DNA from: a virus | Lineage: Duplodnaviria > Caudoviricetes | IMG/VR virus record: IMGVR_UViG_3300043149_000013 | Location: 1 to 56,208 of that record | Length of the DNA: 56,208 nt | Direction: 5' to 3' (one strand) | Part shown: positions 37,170 through 47,112 of the stretch, one piece after another | How the letters are laid out: each line of letters starts with the position of its first letter | Numbering within the stretch: the first letter of the stretch is position 1 | Made by a program: the position numbers and the translations under genes | The notes under the pieces: generated by a model | Told to the model about the DNA's origin: nothing | Database searches by the model: none | The model's input: the letters and a program-made list of their open reading frames with translations, nothing else

Positions 37170-38548
37170 GCGGGAACCTCCGTCTGTTTTGCGAACGTGT
37201 AGCCGGATTCAATCCGCATCGCCTGGTGCATGTGCTCCACGAGCGCATCGAACATGTGATCGGCCTGCTTTGCCTTGCGCTTCATGTTTTCCATGGCACC
37301 CCGTTGGCCTTCGGTCACGATGATGTCATTGAAGACGGTCTGCTTTTGGCCGTAACGCCAGCAGCGGCGCACTCCCTGATAGTGTCCTTCAAAACTGTGC
37401 CAGGGAAACTCGACGACATGCGGGCAGTGCTGGCAGTTGAGACCCCACCCGCCGATTTTTTGTTTCGAGATCATGCCGCGCGCCTGCCCCGACAGGAACG
37501 CTTGATATTTTTCTTCTTTCACTTCATCTTTGTCCGACCCCGAGATGTGCACCGCATCCGGAATCAGTTTTTCGAGTAGTTCCCCTTCCGGGTTCAGATG
37601 GCACCAGATGATGAAAGGCAACTCGGTGTCTACGAGCCACGCGGCTTTCTCACAACGTTCCGCGATCGTGCGGCGGCGCTCTTCCAGTTCCTCGGCCCGG
37701 TTGGTGGCCGGAAGCGCGAACAGGTGACCATCTGCCAGTGTGCGGGTCTCCACGATGTGCTCCCGCTCAATTAAAGGCGGCAAGACGAATTTCGCATCGC
37801 TGAATGGTCCGAGATCTGAAGGCCGGCGGCCGGCGCGCGACCACCCACACGTCCAGCGCCAAAACGGGACCTCGGCATGACCCTTGAAACGCCACCCGGC
37901 GCTCTTCGGTCCTCCCTCTGCCGGAGAGTGCCTCACCAGTCGCCGCATGTCCGAGGTGTTCTGGTCGTTGCGGAAGAACCGGTTCAGCATATCCACTTGA
38001 CCCATGATGCCCAAGGCTTCGCTGGTTGTTCCCAGTTCGATGTAATCGTTAGGAGCTGCGGTGGCCGTGGCCATCAGGCGATAAGGAATCGTTCGCAGGA
38101 ATTCGGTGACTTGCGCCCGCCGCTTCCCGTCGAATGCCTTAATTGCGCTCGATTCGTCACAGACCACGCCCGCGAAATCGTTGGGGTTGAAGAGATGCAG
38201 TTTTTCGTAATTCGTGACGTTGATTCCGGGGTGCGCCTGCCCGTCGTTCGACCGGTGCGCTTCAATCGAGAATTTGACGGACTCGGCAATCGTCTGCGCG
38301 ACCACGGCCAGCGGCGCCAGGATCAGAACCGGCTTGTTCGTTTTGCGGACGACGTTTTCCGCCCACACCAACTCGATCACGGTTTTACCCATTCCACAAT
38401 CGAGGAACGCGGCAGACTTGCCTTTCCACAATTCCCACTCGGTGACGGACGCCTGGAAGTCCATCAGGAAATCCGGCATCCAGATGGGCTTGAATCCGCA
38501 GCGGGTTTGGTCCTGCGACTTGGCTCGCAGGAAGGCTTCGTGAATCAC
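37160..38548 (-). CDS. SNF2-like superfamily 2 helicase
   Basis: DCGMGKT, CDESS, TATAAPND, GWGLN, RRCWRYGQ. Confidence 0.9.
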   Translation of the reverse strand: MIHEAFLRAKSQDQTRCGFKPIWMPDFLMDFQASVTEWELWKGKSAAFLDCGMGKTVIELVWAENVVRKTNKPVLILAPLAVVAQTIAESVKFSIEAHRSNDGQAHPGINVTNYEKLHLFNPNDFAGVVCDESSAIKAFDGKRRAQVTEFLRTIPYRLMATATAAPNDYIELGTTSEALGIMGQVDMLNRFFRNDQNTSDMRRLVRHSPAEGGPKSAGWRFKGHAEVPFWRWTCGWSRAGRRPSDLGPFSDAKFVLPPLIEREHIVETRTLADGHLFALPATNRAEELEERRRTIAERCEKAAWLVDTELPFIIWCHLNPEGELLEKLIPDAVHISGSDKDEVKEEKYQAFLSGQARGMISKQKIGGWGLNCQHCPHVVEFPWHSFEGHYQGVRRCWRYGQKQTVFNDIIVTEGQRGAMENMKRKAKQADHMFDALVEHMHQAMRIESGYTFAKQTEVPAWL

Positions 38549-38955
38549 GTGGTCTTCCTCCGCATCCCCTTGCCCTTCGCCAGATCCCGCACCGCTTCCG
38601 CCATCTGCCCATCACGCGACCGTGCCAACTGCTTGCGCGCCGGCCCCTGCCCCATCACCCGTTCGATACTCTCCGGTGTCAGCGGTACAAACCCATTCGA
38701 CCCGTCCCAAATCTCCCCGCACACATACACTGCCTCCATGGCTTCAAAGACCGGGGGTTCTTGGAGCATCCGGCGAAATCCACTCTCCCGCCACACCCGA
38801 TGCTTCCCTAATATCTGGAGCATTAGTTGCGCCCGGTCCTCCGTCGCAGGCAGCAGCCACCCGCCGATCATGCGGAGCCCGCGGCGTGCGGGGAAGTGCA
38901 GTAGTCCCAGGTCTTCGATGCGGTTGACGAAGGCGGCGGATTGCTCGGCAGTCAT
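38545..38955 (-). CDS. Hypothetical protein, possible helicase loader or initiator partner
   Basis: Lies between initiator and helicase; L..L..FP motif. Confidence 0.45.
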   Translation of the reverse strand: MTAEQSAAFVNRIEDLGLLHFPARRGLRMIGGWLLPATEDRAQLMLQILGKHRVWRESGFRRMLQEPPVFEAMEAVYVCGEIWDGSNGFVPLTPESIERVMGQGPARKQLARSRDGQMAEAVRDLAKGKGMRRKTT

Positions 38956-39329
38956 TTTGCAATCTCCATGCGGAACCCTTCCACACAGGCGGAAAAATCG
39001 TTGAAGATCACCACCGAAGGCATCCAGTGAAAGACGTTCTTGCGCTCGCCCACCACGCACACGAGTTTGTTTTTCGCGAGAGCGTACCCGAACTCGACAT
39101 GCTTCCCGCCGCGCGTCCGCGATCCTTCGAAGTCCTGGGAGAAAAATATGAGCGCATCGGCTGCATCGATATCGCGCAGATCGATGGCCGCGTATCCCGC
39201 GTGGTCGTGCGAGGAATGCGTGCCCTGAATCCATTCGCTCGTGATCTCATGGCCCAGGTCGGTCAAAGAGGCCGCGACTTCCCGCATGTACGGGTGCGAC
39301 GTGTAGTTACTGGCAAGGTAGATTTTCAT
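38952..39329 (-). CDS. Nucleoside 2-deoxyribosyltransferase-like protein
   Basis: KIYLAS, DLRDIDAAD, GGKHVEFGYALA..K, ERKNVFH. Confidence 0.85.
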   Translation of the reverse strand: MKIYLASNYTSHPYMREVAASLTDLGHEITSEWIQGTHSSHDHAGYAAIDLRDIDAADALIFFSQDFEGSRTRGGKHVEFGYALAKNKLVCVVGERKNVFHWMPSVVIFNDFSACVEGFRMEIAK

Positions 39330-40060
39330 TTCTTCTCCATCCGCTTCAGATCTTCAACTAGTGTGTCCCGCTCACTCGACTTGACGGGTTTGGATGCCGG
39401 AGGCCACTTTCCCGACCAGTGGTCCTTGGCGTTTTCGCGAATCCATTTATCCCGATTCATGATGGCTCCGCGCGCCACTTCGCCGGATTGCAAATATCGT
39501 TCCGTGCAGGAGTAAAAGGCGGTGCGGTCGGGGAGAATCGCTACGTGCTTATCCCACTCGCGCCGAACCTTTTCGCGCGCGGTGTCTTTTCCTGTCGCTT
39601 CCACCCAACGCGCGCACCAGACCTCAAACTCTTTATCCAGATCCGGCGCTTTCGCGACTCCATTCGTATGCGGCTTCTCTATCGGGATCTGAACCGCACA
39701 CACCCAGGGAATCACATCCACCACCTCAATCTGAACGAAGTAATCCAGGGCCGCCTGAATCAATTCGGATTTGATTTTGGTTTTGTTCGAGAGGGTGTCT
39801 GACGTGTGGGGTTTTCCGTCTTCGCGGATCAGCGTGCCGCGCGGCTGGCAGGAGGACGCTACCATCATTACGGCTACGTGCACTCCCCAGAAGGCCGCGC
39901 CGTTTTCATGGGCCACAATATCGCAATAGAAATCGCCGTCCAGGCGATTCGGAAGCGCTACCCATCGGGCTGCTTTCAAGTCGCGCGTTTCTTTGATTTC
40001 GTATTTACGATCCCAATCACGGAATCTGTAGGCTGTTCGATTTGTAGGTAGGTCGCTCAA
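39326..40060 (-). CDS. Phage replication initiator (replisome-organiser-like winged HTH)
   Basis: YR..DW..YE..W..LP, G.L..DG.P..LS.KT..IQ.AL; C-terminal FE.W..W domain; adjacent iterons; start uncertain (40060 or 40156). Confidence 0.7.
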   Translation of the reverse strand: MSDLPTNRTAYRFRDWDRKYEIKETRDLKAARWVALPNRLDGDFYCDIVAHENGAAFWGVHVAVMMVASSCQPRGTLIREDGKPHTSDTLSNKTKIKSELIQAALDYFVQIEVVDVIPWVCAVQIPIEKPHTNGVAKAPDLDKEFEVWCARWVEATGKDTAREKVRREWDKHVAILPDRTAFYSCTERYLQSGEVARGAIMNRDKWIRENAKDHWSGKWPPASKPVKSSERDTLVEDLKRMEKK

Positions 40061-40194
40061 ATCATTCCCTGCCAGAATCAGGGTTCCGGGCGGGTGTTCT
40101 GGGCACCCAACCCGGAAATCCAAAAACGCTCGACGCGCTTCAGATACCTGTATCATAACGCGCCGAAAGGTGTCAATAGCGCGACAAGAAAATA

Positions 40195-40314
40195 CCGCGT
40201 CCCACAATCTCCCGCCGCGTCCCACAATCTCCCGCCGCGTCCCACAATCTCCCGCCGCGTCCCACAATCTCCCGCCGCGTCCCACAATCTCCCGCCGCGT
40301 CCCACAATCTCCCG
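40195..40314. repeat. Six perfect 20-bp tandem repeats, putative iterons/origin
   Basis: (CCGCGTCCCACAATCTCCCG)x6, followed by a (GC)n run and a CA-rich tract at about 40340-40412. Confidence 0.9.
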
Positions 40315-40535
40315 CCATCCGGGGAAACTGTGGAACCCTCGCGCGCGCGCGCGATACACACACACATACAAACAGACACTACACACAAGAACAGACACAA
40401 CACACAAACACCTGTGCGTGCGGCGGCTGCGCCGCGCTCCCGGCCACGTTCGCTCCTGGGCGAACAAAAGGCGGAACGCTTTTGGCGGTAAGGCGCTTGA
40501 AAAGGCCGGTGTGGTAGCCGAGTGCCTAAAAGCGT

Positions 40536-40564
40536 TGGACAACGCCGTGAACACGTGTTATAAC
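40536..40564 (+). promoter_or_regulatory. Sigma70-like promoter with extended -10
   Basis: TGGACA-17 nt-TATAAC with TGn. Confidence 0.55.
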
Positions 40565-40587
40565 GCTTCTACGGGGGTATTCACGAA

Positions 40588-40998
40588 GTGAGCAGAGCCG
40601 CTAAGCCGCAGTCGAAAGGACAGATCCCCTGCGCGTACCCGAAATGCCGCCTCTTATTTACACCGGTCCGCTTCAAACAAACCTACCATTCGACCAAATG
40701 CCGATTAGCGCATTGGAACGACCAAAACCCGCGCGACCGCTTGACCCCGACCCGAAAACGGAGTTTACGATCCGATGTTAGGAATCCCCTACTCGCTCTA
40801 CCGTCCGCTAGGAAGTTGCAGAAGTTGCCTCAAGAAATCCGCGACACACTGAGAGAACTTTTGGAAGAGATTGCGCACGACGCGCGGGAGCGTGCGGAAC
40901 TCTGCTGGAAAAAACACAAGGCCCCGATGGCCGCATATTGGAAGGCGGTCTCTGTCTATGCGGGGCACTCCAAGCGCATCCTCAAAATAGATTTGTGA
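40588..40998 (+). CDS. Zinc-finger-containing protein
   Basis: CAYPKC..F..Q.YHS.KCR; C-terminal W..HKAPMAAYWKA. Confidence 0.65.
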   Translation: MSRAAKPQSKGQIPCAYPKCRLLFTPVRFKQTYHSTKCRLAHWNDQNPRDRLTPTRKRSLRSDVRNPLLALPSARKLQKLPQEIRDTLRELLEEIAHDARERAELCWKKHKAPMAAYWKAVSVYAGHSKRILKIDL

Positions 40999-41024
40999 TA
41001 CAACAACCGGAATAAGGAGCAAAT

Positions 41025-41345
41025 ATGGCAACGCCATCTTTTCGAGTGGAAACAGGAACAACCAAATACCGCATCTGTTCTTTGGACGGTCACGAAGGGC
41101 CGATTGCCGAATACGGCGACTTGGCTACGCTCGTGATCGGAACCGCAATCTACTACTGTCTGATTCAGGAGCCCGACGAAGAACAACCCGCCGTGCTGCG
41201 TGTAGACCAGGCGGCCGAGATGACGACCGAGTACGAGGATGTCACGTTCGAAGGTGACGAGGATGAAGAAGACGACGCGCCACTGGTCGGGGATGTGGAA
41301 GAAGATGAAGAAGAGGAAGACGAAGAAGGCGTTGAAGTCCAATAG
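41025..41345 (+). CDS. Acidic-tail protein
   Basis: TAAGGAG RBS; D/E-rich C-terminus. Confidence 0.7.
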   Translation: MATPSFRVETGTTKYRICSLDGHEGPIAEYGDLATLVIGTAIYYCLIQEPDEEQPAVLRVDQAAEMTTEYEDVTFEGDEDEEDDAPLVGDVEEDEEEEDEEGVEVQ

Positions 41346-41464
41346 AAGATTGCGGCGTCCGAATCCGGCTGCGGGCCGGGTGTTCTACCCCGACCCGCAA
41401 ATGGATGCCGCTTTGCAGTGCTTCTATAGCGGACTTCGAATGATCGCGGCTGCTTTGGGAATCA

Positions 41465-43261
41465 CTATTCCGGTTTCACCACAGCCGGACCCCGATGTAC
41501 CGCATTCACCTTCGACCCATCCGGTTGAATGATCGTCCGTCCCTGGGGATGTGCCGCTCCGTTTGGCTGCACGGGTTGCGCCGGTCGTGTGGCGTTGGTC
41601 TTCGCAACCCGGATTGCCTCGGCCACTCTTTGCGCGGCGCTCTCATCCAGGAATTCCGAAATGAATGTGGTTACGCGCGGCGCTCCAAACTTCTGAATCT
41701 CCCCCCACATGGCGGCGTCCTGTTGCAATAGGTCTAAAATGCCCTGCTGTCCTTTTTGCGTGATCCAACTGTAAGCACCCGCTCCGTACTGGTGTAGGAT
41801 GGCCCCGGCCAATTCATAACCGTGGTGTCCTTGGTCCAGCGCGGTCATGAGCGGCTCGCGGATCAACGTCAGATACATCTTCATCGGGTCATTCTCCTGT
41901 TCTTCGACTACTTCAGCGGCTCCGATCTCTCCCGACAATTCAGGCGGCGGTACCGGTTGGCCTTGTCCGGTTTTGAGCACCGCCAGATTGTGCATGATGT
42001 TCGTGGCTCCCTTGATGGCCATCTCCCCAATTTGCAGAGCGGGCGGTAACCATCCCGGCATGTCGGGTGCGTTTCCTCCGGTCAACTTGTCAAACTTGTC
42101 CCGCAGGCTGACCAGTTTATCCAGTAGTTTCATGTCCGATTCGCCGGGTTGCGTTGCCGCGGGCGGTGCGGTGACGGCGCGCGCGGCCTGGAGTTCCCGC
42201 TCCATAAATCCCAAGCGGTCTTCCATTCCCTTCTGAATCATCTGGAACATCTGCTGCTGCATCGCCACCATCTGCTGCCCGCGCTCCCGCTCGGCGGCGA
42301 GTAACTGAATCAGCAGCGGCCCCATGGGATCGGCGGCAGGCGTATGGTTCGGCTGCAACATCTTCGCCATTTCAATGACGCTGGCGGTCGTCTTCATCGG
42401 GTCCTGCATCTGCGCATTCACCTGCTGCGCGGTCTGCATCGCATCGGTAATGATCTTCTGCCCCTGAATGGCGGCGGAAGAAATCACCTTCATGGTTTCG
42501 GCTGCCGCTACCGAACTCTGATCCGGCGTTGCCGGTTGCTGCGGCTGCCGATTCCGTTCCTTGCTGCTTTCAACTAATGCGTCGGTCAACTTTTCGATTG
42601 CGGCTACGTTTGCCATGTCATCCTCTTCTTCTCTGGTGTTCTGTGGTGCTTCGCCGGGCAGTGAAAGTCCCCGCATGCGCAGCGATTCAATATAGGATTG
42701 GTTTGCCGGGTCCTCTAGGTCGAGGAGTTCCGGACGATCAAGCACGGGAGGGTATTCGTCGTCTCGCACCTGTACGAAGGTCTTGGTGACGGTCGATCCT
42801 TTCAGGTCGCCTTCCCCGCTGTCGTTCAAGAACATCTTGTAATCGCCCGACCCGTGGCGGCGCAACAACTCCGTACGCCAATCGTCCGTTTCGAACTTCT
42901 CGATGTATTTGGTGATGTACTTCTTGACGTACTTGCGGAGGGCCTTCGGGTTGCGCTGTACTTCCTCCCGCTGGTCTGGCGTGAGGCCCAACAAATAGTT
43001 GTAGACGGGCCACTCCCGCTGGATGTAGGTCACCTGGCGCTGGTCGAATTCTTTGGGGAGTCCGTTCCAGTAGGCGAAGAACTTCTCCGGCTGGACGGTG
43101 TGGTCTTTTTGCTTGGATCGAGGCGGGGAGGGGAAGGGCCGGCCAACTTTGGTTCGTTTTAGGGGTTGTTTTTTGCGTGGTTTCGGCGTATTTTGAGGTT
43201 CTGGGAGTGTTTCGGTTGCGTCTTCCGGAGCAAACGGGATGTCTTCTAGTGCATCATTCAT
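41465..43261 (-). CDS. Large (598 aa) hypothetical protein with a Q/A/M-rich helical central region
   Basis: Long ORF, AGGTGG RBS, divergent from the virion operon; no Walker A motif seen. Confidence 0.85.
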   Translation of the reverse strand: MNDALEDIPFAPEDATETLPEPQNTPKPRKKQPLKRTKVGRPFPSPPRSKQKDHTVQPEKFFAYWNGLPKEFDQRQVTYIQREWPVYNYLLGLTPDQREEVQRNPKALRKYVKKYITKYIEKFETDDWRTELLRRHGSGDYKMFLNDSGEGDLKGSTVTKTFVQVRDDEYPPVLDRPELLDLEDPANQSYIESLRMRGLSLPGEAPQNTREEEDDMANVAAIEKLTDALVESSKERNRQPQQPATPDQSSVAAAETMKVISSAAIQGQKIITDAMQTAQQVNAQMQDPMKTTASVIEMAKMLQPNHTPAADPMGPLLIQLLAAERERGQQMVAMQQQMFQMIQKGMEDRLGFMERELQAARAVTAPPAATQPGESDMKLLDKLVSLRDKFDKLTGGNAPDMPGWLPPALQIGEMAIKGATNIMHNLAVLKTGQGQPVPPPELSGEIGAAEVVEEQENDPMKMYLTLIREPLMTALDQGHHGYELAGAILHQYGAGAYSWITQKGQQGILDLLQQDAAMWGEIQKFGAPRVTTFISEFLDESAAQRVAEAIRVAKTNATRPAQPVQPNGAAHPQGRTIIQPDGSKVNAVHRGPAVVKPE

Positions 43262-43383
43262 AGGCCACCTTTCGATTCGAGCGAATCCCTATATATATTA
43301 CATTCCTATTTGCTGGGCGCAAGCGCACAATACTATACTGTCCGGCAGATGGCGTCTTTCGTTTACGTGCGCGGCGGGGTGCG

Positions 43384-44073
43384 ATGAGTTCCCTGCCGCC
43401 TCCCATGCGCGGTGTGATGGATCATCCCAGCCTGGGTGTGGTGCGGTACTCGGCCACCCCTACGTCGGAAGATCCCGACCAACAGGTAGCGGACACGATC
43501 TCTTTAATGCGGCAGTACGCCGGTGAGGACGCCCGGTCCCCGGTGATTGCATCCGACGTGGCGCAAGCGCAAGTCTCAAACGATCCGATCGCCGACACGT
43601 GGAACTACATCAACCGCTACAGCGGCACACGGGGAATGCGCTTCACGCGCGACGAAGCGATTGCGTCCCAGGTCCCGATTGGCCAGTGGCGACCGTGCGT
43701 CGAAACCCTGATCCGGCCGGTAGACCAGGCCATGCTTCCGAATCCGCAAGGCGACTGCGACGACTTTGCAATGTATGGCGCGGCGCATCTACAGGCGCGC
43801 GGTGTCCCCTGCTCCTTTGCTACGGTGGCCGCCGACGGTCGCGATCCCAACGCCTACTCGCATGTGTACCTCGTGGCGTACCCGAGTTGGGGACCGTACG
43901 CGGGGATGCGCGTGCCGATGGATCTCTCGCACGGCTCCTACCTCGGATGGGAAGTGCCCAATGCCTACGGCAAGTTCTGCGAGTGGTCTTGCTCTGGCAT
44001 TGGTGTGGTGGGTTGGGGCCTGCTGCTCAGTGGCGGCTACCTCTTATATCGTTCGTTGCGGAGGGCGGCGTGA
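43384..44073 (+). CDS. Transglutaminase-like cysteine protease with C-terminal TM segment
   Basis: GDCDDF (Cys), SHVY (His), PMD (Asp); first gene of the virion operon. Confidence 0.85.
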   Translation: MSSLPPPMRGVMDHPSLGVVRYSATPTSEDPDQQVADTISLMRQYAGEDARSPVIASDVAQAQVSNDPIADTWNYINRYSGTRGMRFTRDEAIASQVPIGQWRPCVETLIRPVDQAMLPNPQGDCDDFAMYGAAHLQARGVPCSFATVAADGRDPNAYSHVYLVAYPSWGPYAGMRVPMDLSHGSYLGWEVPNAYGKFCEWSCSGIGVVGWGLLLSGGYLLYRSLRRAA

Positions 44074-44549
44074 TTCTTCCCGTGAATTCGGTATTGCCGG
44101 AATCGACGTTGGCGCCGGAAGATGTAATGGAGAAATTCGGAAGCCAGTCGCTCGCAGGGCTCGGCTGCGATTGCTCCTACACCGATCTGGTGTCCGGGGA
44201 ATGTTTTGATCCGGAGCCGTGCGCGTCCAACACGACCACGCTTCCCAATCCCTTCGGTCTTCCGTATGGTACATCCCCTTCGGGTGTGCCTCCCAACTCT
44301 TCAACGGCCGGCACGCGCAACACCTCGAGCTCGGATGCGGCTCTTGCGGCGGGGATCAGCCAGACCGCGCGGCTTTTGCAAATGCTCGCGATCCAACCCG
44401 GCACCACGGTAACGAATCAGGGCATCAGCCGGCAGGCCGCGGGGTTTCCGATTTCCACGGCGGGGCTCAACACCAGCGTGAGCGCGATGGGCAATATGCT
44501 GCCCCTGCTCTTGATCGGCGGCGTGATTCTGCTTGCGGTGAAGAAATGA
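44070..44549 (+). CDS. Small virion membrane protein
   Basis: LAGLG motif, Cys cluster, C-terminal TM plus KK. Confidence 0.75.
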   Translation: MILPVNSVLPESTLAPEDVMEKFGSQSLAGLGCDCSYTDLVSGECFDPEPCASNTTTLPNPFGLPYGTSPSGVPPNSSTAGTRNTSSSDAALAAGISQTARLLQMLAIQPGTTVTNQGISRQAAGFPISTAGLNTSVSAMGNMLPLLLIGGVILLAVKK

Positions 44550-44871
44550 AGCTACCAAGGGCATCCGTGTGCGTGGCCGCTCAGGCTATAGCGCTCTTCC
44601 TCGGCCTCTGCTGGCTTCACGGTAAATATGTGGCATGTCGTTCCATCGGTTCGGAATCCGCGCACCTCAACGGGCAGATTCTCCCGGTTGGCCAGTTTGG
44701 TAGCGCTGTCTCTGTTAATGCCGATCACATCTTCGGAGTGCAACTCTCCACTACCGTTTTCGCGTATCAACCACATCTGTTTCTTCTGCATCCTGGACAT
44801 ATCCCAATTCTACTGTCGTCGCTTGGATATTGTGCGGGGGGATTCCCTTATTCCGGTACGGGAGGTGGAGT

Positions 44872-45165
44872 TTGAGTAGTTATGACATTTTGGTTGATGG
44901 AGCGGTTTGGGATACCCACGATAACCGCGCCGGGGCAACCAAGAAGGCGCAGAAATACCGTAAAGAAACCGGCCTACCCGTCCGCGTGCGTAAAGTCAAT
45001 CCTGCCGCAAACCCGCACGGGCGCGTCAAACTTCCAGCGAAGTGGACCGCCGCGCAAGTCCGCGTCAACGACAAAGGCCAACTACAGGTAAAGGTCGGAC
45101 CCTCGAAGGTCGGCAAGGGCCGTGTCGCAAAGAATGTGCGTGTGGCCAAGGGGAAGCGCAAATAG
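44872..45165 (+). CDS. Small basic protein with NP motifs
   Basis: GGAGG RBS and TTG start; K/R-rich; KVNPAANP. Confidence 0.65.
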   Translation: MSSYDILVDGAVWDTHDNRAGATKKAQKYRKETGLPVRVRKVNPAANPHGRVKLPAKWTAAQVRVNDKGQLQVKVGPSKVGKGRVAKNVRVAKGKRK

Positions 45166-45881
45166 TGGAACAGGTGCTCCATCGCGCGGCAGTCGGCCGG
45201 TACACACTCCCGCCAATCCATTCCGGATTGGGAGCGACACCAGGGCAGTCGGTCGCACAATACGGAGCGGCAGTTACACCTGTAATTTCCGCTGTGGCCG
45301 CGCCGGCTGTCGCCACCGCATTGGGAATCGGCGTGAGTGTCGCGGTCCCACTTGTCGGGCTCGCATTCGCCGGAGTCTTGATGGGTGTCGAAGCCTTGAT
45401 GAATACCGGCTGCGGCCCCACCTGCGTGCAGACCTCTGAATGGGCCAACCAGGCCGAGCCGCTATTGCTCCAGAACATCCAGAAGTATTTCAGCCTTCCC
45501 GCGCCGCGGTCTTCTGTTGATCAGCAGGGCGCGCTGAATATCTTCGATGCGGTTTGGCAGGGGCTCGTGCAACGATGTTCGCAACAGGGACTCGGAACGG
45601 CAGGCCAGCATTGCATCAGCGATCGGCAGGCGGGCGCGTGCCAGTGGCGGCAAACCGCGACCTCTCCGCTCTTGAAGTTCCCCGGCGAGCCGCAACCCGG
45701 AGAATGTTGGAATTGGTTTTCCGGTTACCGCGATCCAATCGCCAACGATGCGACCGTGAGCACTGTGCCGCAACTTTCGAGCGATCCGATTGGCAGCATC
45801 GCCGCAGCCACGGGCTTCTCCAGTTCGAATCTGATTCTCGGCGCCGCCGCGCTTCTCATCATCCTGGGAGTCTCGCAATGA
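45165..45881 (+). CDS. Cys-rich virion membrane protein
   Basis: SGLG motif; N-terminal hydrophobic hairpin; six Cys; C-terminal TM. Confidence 0.75.
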   Translation: MEQVLHRAAVGRYTLPPIHSGLGATPGQSVAQYGAAVTPVISAVAAPAVATALGIGVSVAVPLVGLAFAGVLMGVEALMNTGCGPTCVQTSEWANQAEPLLLQNIQKYFSLPAPRSSVDQQGALNIFDAVWQGLVQRCSQQGLGTAGQHCISDRQAGACQWRQTATSPLLKFPGEPQPGECWNWFSGYRDPIANDATVSTVPQLSSDPIGSIAAATGFSSSNLILGAAALLIILGVSQ

Positions 45882-46828
45882 ATCTGCAACTGGCCAACCA
45901 AGCGCTCCGCTTCCACACCACCCCGGCAGATCTCGAAACCCAGAACCTTCTGGCGCGCATGTATGGAAGCGTGCGGGGCAATCCCTACTTTTACGGGATG
46001 GGGGATTTGCAAGACGACATCGCGGCCGGCAACGCGCAAGTGGTCGCATACGCCATTGCGCATCCCGGCACTGTGGAATCGATCCGCACGTTGAGGAGCG
46101 CCGCGGCGGCCTATGCCAATCCCAGTTGGCCGCAATGCACTTCGGCGGGCCAAGTCAATTGCAACGACATCCCGCCCCTGCCGCTCGATCCTCCTCCGGG
46201 CTGGGACGCCGCTACATGGCACGCGATTCTGTACGGCACTCCCGGAGTACTCACCGGCCCAGCGCCGCCCTCGGGATATATTCCGCCGCTTGCGGATTGG
46301 TTCCCCACGACGCCCCCGCCGAGCAGCCCACCGCCCGCGTCCGATGGAACCTTCCGGCCCCGCGTCGTCTTCACCACTTCCCGCGGCGGAACGACCGTCT
46401 ACCCCGGCGACACGTGGTCGATCAGCATCAGTGGAGCGCAACCTGGATCCCCTGTCGTCGTGCAAGGCGGAAAGAACGGAGCGCAAGACCGGACACCAGA
46501 AGGAACTGCCGACGCCTCGGGCAACTGGCAACTATCGGGATCATTCACCCCGGACATGATTGGACCGTGGCAGGAAACGTGGAGCGCCGGAGGCGTGCAG
46601 GCCGGCAGTTTTAGTTTCAACGTGCAACCCGCTCCGAGCGGGAATGGATCGGGAACCGGAAGTGGCAGTGGGGCCGGAACGCCACCGCCAGCGGGCAACG
46701 GATCGGGAAGCGGCACACCGCCGAGCGGAGGCGGGATCACCATCGGCGGTATGACGCTGGACGGCACCACGCTGGCGATTGCTGGAGCTGCGCTCGTCGG
46801 TCTGTTTTTCCTGGGAGGCAAGAAATGA
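45878..46828 (+). CDS. Pro/Gly-rich membrane-anchored protein with an Ig-like domain
   Basis: YGMG motif; YPGDTWSISISGAQP..G.ADASGNW..G.W.ETW; C-terminal TM plus KK. Confidence 0.8.
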   Translation: MNLQLANQALRFHTTPADLETQNLLARMYGSVRGNPYFYGMGDLQDDIAAGNAQVVAYAIAHPGTVESIRTLRSAAAAYANPSWPQCTSAGQVNCNDIPPLPLDPPPGWDAATWHAILYGTPGVLTGPAPPSGYIPPLADWFPTTPPPSSPPPASDGTFRPRVVFTTSRGGTTVYPGDTWSISISGAQPGSPVVVQGGKNGAQDRTPEGTADASGNWQLSGSFTPDMIGPWQETWSAGGVQAGSFSFNVQPAPSGNGSGTGSGSGAGTPPPAGNGSGSGTPPSGGGITIGGMTLDGTTLAIAGAALVGLFFLGGKK

Positions 46829-47112
46829 ATCTGCCATTCGCAAACGTGGCCCCGAATTCCGGAATCTACGTGAACGGTGCGCCGCTCCCCGAGTTGCCGC
46901 CCGCGATCGATACCAATTCTCAATCGATGAACAAGGTGGGGCCGATCTCTCTCACGCCGCCCATGCCGAGTATCACCGCGCCGCGTTCGACGCAGGTCAC
47001 CCCGCAATCCTTCCAGTCTCTCGCGTGCTGGGTGGGGCAGCATCCCTTGCTGGCCGTCTTGGGAGCGGGTGCGTTGTTCCTGATGGCGAAAGGAGGAACG
47101 CGTGGACAATAA
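46825..47112 (+). CDS. Small membrane protein
   Basis: C-terminal TM. Confidence 0.7.
   Translation: MNLPFANVAPNSGIYVNGAPLPELPPAIDTNSQSMNKVGPISLTPPMPSITAPRSTQVTPQSFQSLACWVGQHPLLAVLGAGALFLMAKGGTRGQ

Noticed and set aside
37160-38548. Walker A protein as packaging ATPase or terminase
   Set aside because: The motif set is SF2/SNF2-like and it is paired with a methylase in the replication module
40195-40314. 20-bp repeats as a CRISPR array
   Set aside because: The units are contiguous with no spacers, no cas genes are present, and they adjoin a replication initiator
39326-40363. Initiator N-terminal extension through the repeats, as given in the ORF track
   Set aside because: The repeat-derived sequence is open by chance; a TTGACA box and an RBS with TTG downstream favour a start at 40060 or 40156
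40508-40590. tRNA-like start GGTGTGGTAGCCGAGTG
   Set aside because: No anticodon arm, T-arm or matching acceptor strand follows; the region is better explained as a promoter
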